Source of the DNA: Balanoglossus misakiensis
Taxonomy: Eukaryota > Animalia > Hemichordata
Assembly: GCA_040954595.2 (NCBI GenBank)
Contig: CM082586.2
Span: 929,630 to 993,629 of the forward strand
Direction of reading: 5' to 3'
DNA length: 64,000 nucleotides
The first letter of the stretch is position 1. Every line of letters starts with the position of its first letter. Positions 29,254 through 40,169 of the stretch are shown in pieces. The notes beneath the pieces are model-generated. The model made no database searches, was not told the origin of the DNA, and saw nothing but the letters and a program-made list of their open reading frames with translations. The position numbers were made by a program, and so were the translations under genes.

Positions 29254-32200
29254 CGGCATATACATTTATCACTCTTGTTTGTCATTACCAGATGATTACA
29301 AACCCAAATTTATGCGAGGGATAGAAGACGTTGACAAACCCATCTTTGAACTGCCAGATTTTCCACAAGCCGATGGATCACCTCATAATGCTGTTGAGCG
29401 GGATCCAAAATGTCAAGTCTATCAGAATGGGACTGTAGCCTGTGCTGATGAGGTAGAGATAACATTTCTCTTTAATTTTGTTTGCATGGGAAGTACTTCT
29501 TTCTTCTGTGCCTCATTGCCAAAAGTTTCCTGTGACATTACATGTGATATTGGTCGGGAGACTTGTAAAAATGATTCACCAGAAAAAAATGTGATGTGAA
29601 TTCAAAACAGCCAAAGATGAATTGATGAGGTATAAGATGAGTTCAGTGAGTCCGTTAGTCAAGGAGTGTGTTTATTCTCTCTCATAATTTTCCAGGTGTT
29701 TGCATCTCGGCAAGCGTGGATGAGTCACAGACGATTCCTGTCGGGCCAGATCGATGCTTTGCAGGAGAGGATCAAAGAGTTGAAGGAGATCAGAGATTTT
29801 GTGGCTGAGAGTAAACCCAGGAGAGGGAAGGTGTGTATATGTGAAGAGGAGGAGGAGGGGGAGGAGGGGGAAGAAGACGGAGAAGATGACGAGGAAGTAG
29901 ATGAGGATGAACAGGAGGAGGAGGAGGATTCTGAGGTTTGGGAGGAGGAGGATGAAGAAAGCAGTGATCAGCCACTCACTGGAAGAAATAAAAAGTAAGA
30001 ACAGATGTCATAGTGTTAAAAGAATGGTTTTTATATTTGATTGTAAAGACCTATCTCTTCCTGTTGTATTTGTCTGAAGATCACCATCGCTAAATCACTT
30101 CAATACAGCAAACAAGCCATGGTCATTTTGCCAGTTTTTAAATCAAACTTGACCGAGCAGTGTCTTCTCTTAAAATTCTCTGCAGAGACCCAACCTTAAA
30201 CCTTTCCAGTCTTGATGATCAAGAAGCCTACTTGTTAGACTACAAGGAAAAACTGCAAAGGTATGTACTTGTAATATCAACTAACAAAACTTGGCCCGTG
30301 TCATGTCACCGCTGGTTCCAAACTGTTAGATGATCAATATGCCAAATCAAATAAAAATAGAAGAATGAATAAATCCTGGATTCCATCAAGTTTACAATGG
30401 GTTAACTGGGTCCGACACAGTTTGGTGGCCATTTTGGATTTTCAATATTGTAACATTTGTTTTAGGCTGCAAGGTAATCCCATAATACTGATATCAAAAA
30501 GGGTCAGCGTAAGTTGAGGTTGAACCTAGATTTTCTTTGATATTTGATGGTTTAGACATTCTCGTCAACAGAAAGTTTGATCTTACAGAAGAGGAGCTGG
30601 ATCAAAAGATTCAAAAGAAAGCTAAGAAGTTAAAGAAACAAGGGAGACAACAACTGAATGGAGATGTTGAGGAAAGTGAATGCCAAATTCAAGGTCTAAG
30701 ATGTTTCTTCCATAGCAACAGTCATTGGAAAGTTCCGCCTCTTTGGAATTGTAAGTGTATTCTCTTTGTATTTTTGTGTGTATTCGTCTTTGTTTTGGAG
30801 ATGTATCAGATGTCAAAAAGGCAATGAAGATTTGATGGTCTTTATTCTGTATACTTGTCTTTCAGTGGGTTCATTTTGTGCCTGTACAAGTGCAGTCAAC
30901 AACACCTACTGGTGTCTGAGAACCATTAACAGCACACATAATTTCCTTTATTGTGAATTTATCACGGGGTTCCAAGAATTCTTTGACATGAGGCCAGACA
31001 AAGACCCCAATCAGGTAAGAGTCAAACCTATAAAATACAAGTTTTGAAGAACTTCAAGACACTTGAACATTTTGAATGGCCATTTTGAAGAACATTTACT
31101 GGTATATTTGATTCTTGAATAAACAATCAGAGAGATTACTTCAGGGATTGTGTTTTTTGTGTTTCACCAGATGGTGAACGTGATTCACTCTATACCTGAT
31201 GAAATCAGACGGCAGCTTCACGAAGACTTGATGTTGCAGCGCGAATGCAAAGGAGGCAGGGAGTGTAATCCACGCCCCAAGATTTCCCCTCAAGACAGAC
31301 TTGAAGACGGTAGGCAAACAGATCATAGTGCTTCCTAGGAAAATACTTCCACACACACATTTACCAGCTGACTTGTTCCTTGGGACATTCATACTCATCC
31401 TCATAAGCATGTCCCAACTGTTGATATCGAGTATCAGAATAAATGTGGAATACATCATTTCTTGGATACAGAAAGTTATTCTTGGAAGTCTGGATATAGC
31501 TGACTTTAATTGTATATGAGAACATTGTATGTTTTGTAATTCCAGTGGTTATTGTGTATTTGGGGTCTCTGCAACCACTCCATACTTACACGCTACTTTA
31601 ATAATTTGCTGCTCTCAAGTCTTATCTACATAATTATTCTTTCTGGTTAAAATGACCCCAATGCACGCTAAAGAGTGCTCTTAGTGAATGTTTGTGGTAA
31701 ACTCGTTAAATGCATGAAGATATACAAAAAACTTGTAGTCTTTATAGCTAAATTTTTTAGAGCTATCAGTATGTGTACACAAACAGGTTGAGTGATTTTC
31801 ACAAGGTCAGTGATGATCATTGTGGCAATTCAAGCCAAGCTATGTTTGTTTGAAGACAGGTACATATTCTTCACGCAGCCATGCATGCTATTTTGAAATT
31901 GTTTGATAGAATCTTCCAGTGTACACTGATAGCTCTAAATTGTTCCAATAACAGCATGTTTTGGTACCACAGCAAGCATCAACATTGCATTTCTAATCTG
32001 CATATTTATGTTGCAATATCCATGTTTTTGTCGAGCAGATTCCGATGAGGAGGAGGATGAAAACATAGACCCTGACAGGTACATATGGAAAACAATTTTT
32101 TATCTCAGTCGTACTTTCTCCCTTCCCTTCCCAACTGACACACAGTTCTTGGAAGTTTCACCCCCGGATCTGGAAATGAAGGTGGCTGTAACTCACATGA

Positions 32201-32599
32201 CTGCGGCTGAATATTGGACCAGAGAAGCAACCACTCAACATACATATTTACACACACACACAACCCTATTCATTTTAACCACTGAATTGCATCACATCAT
32301 TGAGACAATATCTCACATTGCTATATTATATCACATACTACCATTAGTAAGTTTGGCACTTTTTGCATGATATATTAGTTTATTCTCTATCAAAACTTAC
32401 CCATTTTAGCTGTGCAAGCCTCAAGTTAGCCATTACGTTTCTCTCCCCAGTCTGTCGTCTCTGTCCTGCCTTCCCTCCATTTTAATCCCCCACAATTTAA
32501 GTATGAAATATGATGCATATAAAACAAGATATGAACTTCCACCTCACTTTTTGTGTGTTTCTTTTTGTCTGTAGAGTTTGGGATGGATGGCGAGGGTGA
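23940..32599 (+). CDS. SULF1: Extracellular sulfatase (heparan sulfate 6-O-endosulfatase, Sulf1/Sulf2 family), canonical isoform, about 879 aa
   Basis: Signal peptide; [13 protein letters not shown]; formylglycine motif [11 protein letters not shown]; GYFGKYLN; FTSDHGYH; [13 protein letters not shown]; [10 protein letters not shown]; [21 protein letters not shown]; C-terminal WDGWRG* (vertebrate Sulfs end W[DE]GWEG). Phase-consistent GT-AG exons: 23940-24162, 24363-24602, 25370-25520, 25872-26042, 26366-26516, 26631-26806, 26967-27092, 27257-27316, 28730-28832, 28961-29132, 29292-29452, 29696-29994, 30186-30260, 30572-30750, 30866-31014, 31171-31309, 32039-32078, 32575-32599 (2640 nt). Probably co-orthologous to both SULF1 and SULF2. 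Confidence 0.95.
24363..24602 (+). CDS. SULF1: Sulf exon carrying the catalytic formylglycine motif (CxPxR)
   Basis: GSMDVMNKT...[23 protein letters not shown]; AG acceptor at 24361-62 and GT donor at 24603. Confidence 0.95.
26293..26328. repeat. (GAT)n microsatellite, intronic
   Basis: About 12 GAT/GAC units in a Sulf intron. Confidence 0.9.
29191..29253. repeat. (GAT)n microsatellite, intronic
   Basis: About 21 perfect TGA/GAT units in a Sulf intron. Confidence 0.95.
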
Positions 32600-33017
32600 T
32601 TGGAGCACATCAATCTTGGATGGAAGTGGTCAGATTTCTCAGGACACAGGACATGAACAAGAATCCCACAAAACTATTGAAGAGTCATTGGAGAGCAGTG
32701 GCTGGTCTGAGACCGAGGCCAAGGACGAGGAGTTGAGTACGACACACAGTGTCACACTGGACCCGGTCACGTACACATCAGGGGGTAGCGGTGAAGATGA
32801 TGGTAGTGGTGGTGTCGATGCATCTGGGGAAGGTAGTGGGGACACGTCAGGGTTTTTGGATATCGAGATTTCCACACCACAAGCAATGCACAGACAAACA
32901 CACATGTTGATGAGGACCCAGGAAAACAATGCAAATACAAAAGTCATCCGAGATATGATGGAGACAGGGTCTGCATCAGGTATTTCTTCTGGAGACACAG
33001 AACCTTTCTTGGTATAA
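32575..33017 (+). CDS. Alternative-frame Sulf C-terminal extension: acidic Ser-Gly-rich (glycosaminoglycan-attachment-like) tail, 147 aa
   Basis: Open frame reached by splicing the phase-1 donor after 31309 directly to the acceptor before 32575 (G|AG TTT GGG = EFG...). Contains 10 SG dipeptides, e.g. TSGGSGEDDGSGGVDASGEGSGDTSGF. Confidence 0.55.
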
Positions 33018-33309
33018 GGGTATCAAACTTTCTTGGTAGGAAAATGGTAGCAGAGATTTCAGCATTAAGATGCTTTCCCTTTTAGGATAAACTTCATTAA
33101 TGTGTTGCCCCCTTGACTCCAGAATTTTTTTTTAAATGCTAACTTCACAGCCCTATATTTTACAAATTACCATGTGACCCCTATATTTTAATACATGTTT
33201 TAACAATACTGAGGAAAGAATCAAATTCAACAATTACAAAAATGTTTCCAATGATATATCATGAAGTTCTCAGAGAATAAGGATACCTGGCTTCAATATG
33301 CCAACAACT

Positions 33310-33404
33310 TTAACCCTGTCACCCCCATTTCAATGTATAGAGGTCCAACTTTACTGCAGAGAAGACAATGGATTTGGAACAAACCATGGTGGTCAAAGGG
33401 TTAA
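33310..33404. mobile_element. Short piggyBac-like MITE, copy 2, in the Sulf 3' UTR region
   Basis: TTAACCCTGTCACCCCCA ... ACCATGGTGGTCAAAGGGTTAA; reverse complement aligns with 3800-3892 (shared ACCACCATGGTT, GTTGGACCTCT, TGGGGGTGA). Confidence 0.75.
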
Positions 33405-35324
33405 ATGGTTGTGGTCCTTGCAATGCAGCAGTTCTTTCTTGGACTGAATAAAAGCCAGTTTTGATACAATTTTGTACTTGTTTTACTTTTTTTGTTTTTT
33501 AAAGTATTCTTATACTGAAATGAAATGTAAGTCATGCAGTACTCTAATGTCTGGTCCAAAATGTAATATATTTTGTGAAGAATCTTTTTAATGTTAAAAA
33601 AAACTAAAACTGTCTCAAAAATCCCACCGATCTGTTAAGGTTTTTGCAATAATTTTGGCAATGAATTTACAAAACTTCATTTATTATGTAAATGTCAAAA
33701 CAACATTAATCATGATGAAATCAAGTATTTAGTTTAGATGTTCAAACCAACCAGATCTCCAGTTAAACATCATTACATTTACAACTTTGTTTTGCTTTTC
33801 CATTTTTATCTTTTATACTATCCAGTTGTCAATACGAGTGAATTTTGTAACATCACAGTTGAATGAAAGCATATTTCACTATGAAGCAGGAGTCAGACAA
33901 AATTGCAATTTACAGTGTGAGTGTTCAGAGTTTAAAACAAAAAATTCACTGGTATTGACAGAAATAACATAATAATAACAATGAGTATCCCACCAAATGA
34001 TGGACAGAAAAGCATTATATGTGATGTTACACTTACATTTTAATATTCATTACTGCTAGTCATTCACTTAATAGTAAATTGAACACTTGTAAGACAAAAT
34101 CTGGTTTACAAAGATCATAATGTGTATGGGATTTTTTGGATGAAAAGGTCATTTCCCTCTGGTCTGAAATGTTTACTGACAATGACATTGTAAAACTCTA
34201 GTCAGCTTTATGTTCTTTGGGTTTTTTTTTCCACAAGGAAAGCAAACCTTGCAAACTACAGCGTTCAGATTTGTCAGCATTTAACTGAACCATGACATCA
34301 CAATTGTATATTTACTTCATACCATATTTAAGACAGTCACACTTTTAACTTATTCCACTCATTTGACTTCAAAGTACATTCTCTATTTTTTATAGATTTC
34401 CTTTCTTTTTTATAATACACTGTCATGTCAATTTAGTGTTGCTGTAAGTTAGAATTAAATTTGCCCAGCATCAAAAGTTGAATTGACAAGACCCTTTTCA
34501 CCTCTGTTATTTCTAACACTGAAAACAAAACACACACAAAAAGAGTGATTGTTCCTTCCAGCTCATTTTAGCCGTTTGAACTCTGTTGCCTTGGTAACCT
34601 ATGATATTATGCAGAAACAGGGTCCAAACAGCAAACTAAAGTGTACAGTTTAATTCTCTATAGTGATAGTATAATTCACAGACCATTAATTTTAACCCAA
34701 CTTCTTACTGTATTTTTGCTTTTTATCGTGATAGTGTACGACCAAAAAATATAAATCATATTCAAATGGCAACAACAATTGGGAAATTTTGTGGAAAAGA
34801 AATACATACAAGATTATTGAATTAAGCTGTAAAAAGTAATGTAGGGTTAGAGATTTGCCTCAAATGGACAACAAAAACCAGCATCGTGAAAATTGTTTCC
34901 AGTTTTTTTTTCTTCAAAAGGTGCCATATTGTTGCAAAAGGATAATCAGATGGTGCGCCCTTTTGGACAAGATCTGTAATCCTTTTATGAAGTTGTACTT
35001 AGTAATATTACTTTTTATATAATAAATTGTTCAAAAAATGTAGTAATTACTTTGAAACTAGAAATAGAAAAATGCAAGATTGCGAACAGTTTTGCTTAAG
35101 GTGCGTATATAGCTGAGAATGAGTAACAAGAGAAGGTTACACATAATTTCATGTGTCTGTCAAATTGAATCCAAGCGTATGCACATTTTGCTTGCTAGCC
35201 GTTGATTGTAAAATTTACATTGTTTACACTATAAATTTCGAGAATCATGTTCTTTGTGTGTCATTTGTGTACAGGTCTTTTTTTTCATTTTAAACAACAA
35301 AAATATATGTCATGAGATGAATTT

Positions 35325-35390
35325 AATAAATAAAAAAGTTTCTTTGTACCAAATATATTCATGTGATGGTGTGTCTTTTGTGTTTGTGCA
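35325..35390 (+). terminator. Candidate Sulf polyadenylation signal
   Basis: AATAAATAAA at 35325 followed by a GT-rich downstream element (GTGATGGTGTGTCTTTTGTGTTTGTG). A proximal AATAAA also occurs at 33447. Confidence 0.45.
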
Positions 35391-35439
35391 GCTATTCCAC
35401 AGCTTACATCACAAAAGTTTAGAAAAAATCAACAAAAAT

Positions 35440-36850
35440 CGTGCATGAGAAAATTTATTGAGCACAATTCTTCCAATGCCTTTTAAAGCTTAATTATCTC
35501 GTCTGTGGCAGCGCTTAGATCAAAAAGTAGTGGGAGCGTCACTGAAACCCCCCAACGATGTCATTTTTCTACAGCGCTATTTGCTATACCCGACGTTGGT
35601 GGCGACATTAAAAAAAATCCAACAGGAGCTTACAGTCCGCGTGTCAGGATTGATTCAGTCTCAGTCTTTTTACCAACAGGTGCGAACTGTCTGGCAATGT
35701 ACGCGCATTTTCAATATATATTTAAATTAGATGGCACTGCATGCAGACCCGGACAATTCTGATTGGTCAATAACCTTCCGCACACCCGAAACAGGTTGAG
35801 CACAGCACTTGTGATTGGTCAATGACGGAATATACGCTCTGAACTTTTGGAAAAGTAGTTCATGCAAAGTTGACGCTCTAGACAGTTTACCAGTGCGTTG
35901 ACCTGGGCGTTGACCCTACTATGTCAGGATTTAGTCTCGTTTTTTTGCCGTTCAAAAGCAAATTTTGTACCAACAGTGCAGGTTCGAATCAGTCTGGCAA
36001 TGTACATGCTTTATTGGTATATATGTAAGTTTTATGGCTTTGATAAATTAATTAGTCCACAAAGTTACTGAAATCATGTCACTAAGTATTTAAATCGGTC
36101 ACTACTTAATTAATTATGTAATCAGTTCACTGCTTAATTACTTAATTAAATATTAATGAAGCAGGTACGTAAGAGAGAAGAACAAAACTTCTCCACAGCG
36201 CTTTCTGTCAGCGTATATCAGAACCCAGTCTCAACTTCTTCAAAAGGAATCTGTACCAACAGCAGAAATCAGTCAGGTAGTGTTCAATGTACATTTAGAA
36301 TTTCTTAATTTGTTGTCAACAAGTCTGCTAAATTAATTAATTCACTAATTGCAAAAAAAGTCAACAAAATCTACCGCGCATAAGAGGAACTTTGCAGAGT
36401 AAAATTTTTCCAATGACATTTTATTAAGCTTATTTTTTTCATCTTTGGCAGGCTTTAGTTCAAAAGTTGTTGACGCGTTATTGAAACCCCCGAAAATATC
36501 CGCATAAGTTCATATTTCTACAGTGCCGTTGGTGGCGACATTAAAAAATTCCCAACAGGAGCTTTTCTGTCAGTGCTGAGTCGCAATCTCAGTGACCTAG
36601 CTTCCAAGGACCTTTTGAAAAGACAGGTGCAAACTGTCTGGGAATGCGCGATTTTAATATATATTTAAATTGACGAGTTAAATTACGTCATTAAGTAATT
36701 AAATAGGTCACTACTTCATTAATTATGCAACCAGTTCACTACTTATTTAAATATTAGTGAAGTGAATATAGGAACAAGTAATTGTCTCACGATGGTATTT
36801 GTCATACTCGCCGTTGGTGGCGACATCAGCGTACGTCAGAACTTAGTCTG
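35440..36850. repeat. Degenerate modular duplication between the Sulf and BAG1 3' ends
   Basis: CGTTGGTGGCGACAT occurs three times (about 35595, 36527, 36812). ACAGGTGC-AACTGTCTGG-AATG and GGTCACTACTT-ATTAATTATG-AA-CAGTTCACT blocks each recur. Confidence 0.65.
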
Positions 36851-37343
36851 GATCTCCATCATCTCTTCTCACCTTTAATAGTTCACATTTTGGGAGGGGG
36901 TGTCAATATTTTTCATTCAAGGGTTTAGGGGAGGGCCAGTAATATTTTCTGAGCGGCATGTTCCAGACAATATATTATCCCCCAAAGAACACACACAATT
37001 TCCACCATTTTGAAAATGGGGAAGAACACAGCTAGTACACACAATTCCGACAAATCTTTGACATATTTATTTTTTCCATAAAAGTTTTCTGTAATCTTGG
37101 TAAATATATTCACTTGAAACTTACAAGTCTGTGTTTTACTGAAGACCAAGTAGCAATCAAAATACCTGGTATCAATACCTTGACATAGGCCATGTTGAAA
37201 AAGCAAAATAATCTTCATATCTCATTCTTAAAACTGTGAAACCACACTCTACAAGAAGTTATAACAGCTTTCCTTTGCCATTCTGTCTCCCACTTGCTAC
37301 CCAGTATTAAGACAATGACAACACTATTGTTCTCTCGAGAAGG

Positions 37344-38753
37344 TCACAGTCGATGACCTTTAGACACCATCCCTTCTTTGATTCTAGTACTGAGTTCATC
37401 ATTGTGGTCCAGTAACACCTGTATTCTCTTCACCAATTCTTTCCTATTGCTGCGTACAGTCCTCTGTTCCTCTGGTATATTCTGAAACACACAAAACAAT
37501 CTTTTTCATCAGTCTAGTACCCTCAAGCAGCCATCAATGACTACCATTCAACAGTTTTAAATACCATAACACAATTCAATTTCCAGAGACAGCTGTATAT
37601 ACTTTACCATAGCATCTAATTTTTCCAGCATCTTCATATATTCTTCATGGCATATTGCTAGTCTTTTCTGTAACTTTTGATATGCTTCCAACACTAAATC
37701 CTTTTGTAGAAACCCCTGCAAGAATGAAATCAGATAAACATAGTGTCATGACTGAGAGTTTAGCAAGCACAGCCACTTCAAGTAGTCTTATCCCAGAGTG
37801 ATCATGTTTACATTCAGCAGCCAGAAATCTTTATTTTTCAAGACAGAGATTTCTTTACCTTTTCTATGCCTTCAAGTTCTTCTTTTAACGCATTTTGTTT
37901 CTTTTCTGTGGTTTCTGTTTTCTTCTCTTCTTCAATTATTGCTGATCGATTTGCATCTTCTTCAGGATTTGACTGCATTTCATAACAAAATATAACATTT
38001 TTCATGAAGTTATCAGTAAAGGACGGAGACATGGTATACTAGTACTCTAGTTCAGTATGTATAAAATATAGATTTAGCACTGACCTTTCTGCCGATCATC
38101 ATGACTTTACATCCTTCCTTCAGACCAGCTGTATGAAGACCTTGTTCTGGATCACTGAGTGATTTGCCTAGATACATTACACGAAACATACAATTTGGAT
38201 GTTACATACAAATGTGGCAAAACTATTTTAATACAAGGGGAAAATACTCTTCCACAATACTATTCATATTTTTTTATTTGAGTTTCTTGTTCTACATGTA
38301 TGCTCGACGACTTAGTAAGCTGTTATCACCTTTGTATATCAGTTTCTGTGCATGGATAGGTACACCTGTTACCTTCCGAGTTGCTTGAAGTAGATCCAGT
38401 ACTGTAAGCTCTCCTCCGGGACCATCATCTGACTTCACAACTTCTACCTTGTGTTTGTTAGAGCCTATTATTATGTACAATATTGAAAGCAGACCTGTAA
38501 TTGACACATCCCCATATCATCACAGCCTAAACAACACATGATCGATCATCAATAATCAAGTGTAAACAGACGACGTTTCATGGTTTAGGTTGTGGTACAG
38601 TGTGGTTAACTCCATGAGAAGAAACCTCCGTTACTGTAAATCTGTTATTCCTGACATAACGATTCTGCAGTACATTTCAGGAGATCACGCAGCAAAAGTA
38701 CACAACCTACCGTGAGCGATTGTCACGGACAACTTTCCACTGGGCGCAGCCAT
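37344..38753 (-). CDS. BAG1: BAG family molecular chaperone regulator 1 (ubiquitin-like domain plus BAG domain), 206 aa
   Basis: Exons 38753-38711, 38464-38330, 38167-38085, 37972-37859, 37715-37608, 37481-37344 (621 nt, phases consistent). UBL: VTIAHGSNKH...TGVPIHAQKLIYKGKSL...GLKEGCKVMMIGRK. BAG: ELEGIEKGFLQKD...EEYMKMLEKLDAM...RSNRKELVKRIQVLLD. Confidence 0.93.
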
Positions 38754-38832
38754 TTTTAAAGGGTGCCGTAAACGGGTATGCCCTTCCACTGGGCGCAGCC
38801 ATTTTTAAAGGGTGCCGTAAACGGGTATGCCC
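38735..38832. repeat. Exact 49-bp tandem duplication spanning the BAG1 start codon
   Basis: TTCCACTGGGCGCAGCCATTTTTAAAGGGTGCCGTAAACGGGTATGCCC at 38735-38783 and 38784-38832. Confidence 0.95.
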
Positions 38833-40169
38833 ACTAGTAATGTCGTAAATACCAAATGCACGTAAATCAGATGGATAAAACACGTTCTCGGCTATATTAG
38901 CCGACTAAATCTATTACATACGACCAAAACATATACTTTCCAGATAGAACAATGCCAAGGTTATAATGTAAACGTTGAAAAGGGGGTAAATATATCTGTT
39001 CCATTGAGGGCGGTCTTCAAATGGAAGTTCGCTGATAATCGCAAAAATAATGGGCATATCAGATGAAAGTTTATTTATTTACAGCTGTACACCGTACGGT
39101 GGCAATACATGTTTCCTGCGCGATTTGTTACATGGCCATATTTCTCATCAAAGAGAATATGCCTTGAAACAGCATGGTCCTGATCAACCGAGAAAACAAT
39201 ACGTGCTTTCACATAAAAAAATTCTTTAGAAAATAAACGAAACATTCCGTCGTCTTGACATTGATAGATGAAGACAAGCGTTGCTGCGTGATCCATATGT
39301 TGATGACGTCAAAGATTCGTGACATTAAATTCTGGCTGTGCGTCAGGTCTTTTTACTATAGAGACTTGTACTTTTCTCCGACACATTCAACTCGCACAAA
39401 AAATATCATACCATACTTACCACTCAGTGAAATTGTAATTTTTTGATAATGCTACGAAACATAATTTTATTCAATATTTTTTTCAGACCCTGGACTAAAA
39501 AAGATAAGCGTGGCCTCTTAAGACTTATATACAAGTAAGTTTCCAAATATCATCACTATTTAAACATCACTGTGGATTAAAAATAAATTGTGTAATACTC
39601 ATGCCCATGCAGATAAAATGAAAGAATATTTCGATCACTTTACAACTCAATTAAATACAATTTTGTACACAGTGAAGGCGTTAATCTCTGATTGGGTCGT
39701 CTCTGCAATAGCACTTAATATATAATAATTATTACATATGCATTGAACCAAGAATTCTTCTATCAATAACGCACTGGTTATGCCAAAGCTCGCCAATTTG
39801 GGCCTGTAGTATATGTTACTGACATTGTAACTAAAGGTCCAGTGCATAGAGACAAATTCCGCTGAGAAATCATTATTTACGTGAATACCACGCTCGTCAA
39901 TACAGAAAAGTTAAAACCATGCAGTCTTTAGTCAAAAAGGACAATGAAAGAAACTATAGAAACTACTCTTTTTACCAAAATATTTGAGGACGGAATATAC
40001 TCGGCTTTGACTTTGTTAAATATACAAATAAATAAGATTATCACGACTATTTACAATATGTTTCTTTATCTGTAAAATTGTACAAATGTACAAATGCAAG
40101 GGGACTCCAAAATATGATTGTATGATTATTTCCTTGATTTTTTACCATGCGGCTGACCACACGTGTTAC

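Noticed and set aside
29150-29291. Poly-Asp ORF in frame with the next Sulf exon
   Set aside because: It is an intronic (GAT)n tract. Intron retention hits a TAA, and the upstream alternative acceptor (29174) would leave only a 42-nt intron.
32639-32998. Antisense 119-aa ORF
   Set aside because: Shadow of the + strand Ser-Gly-rich frame.
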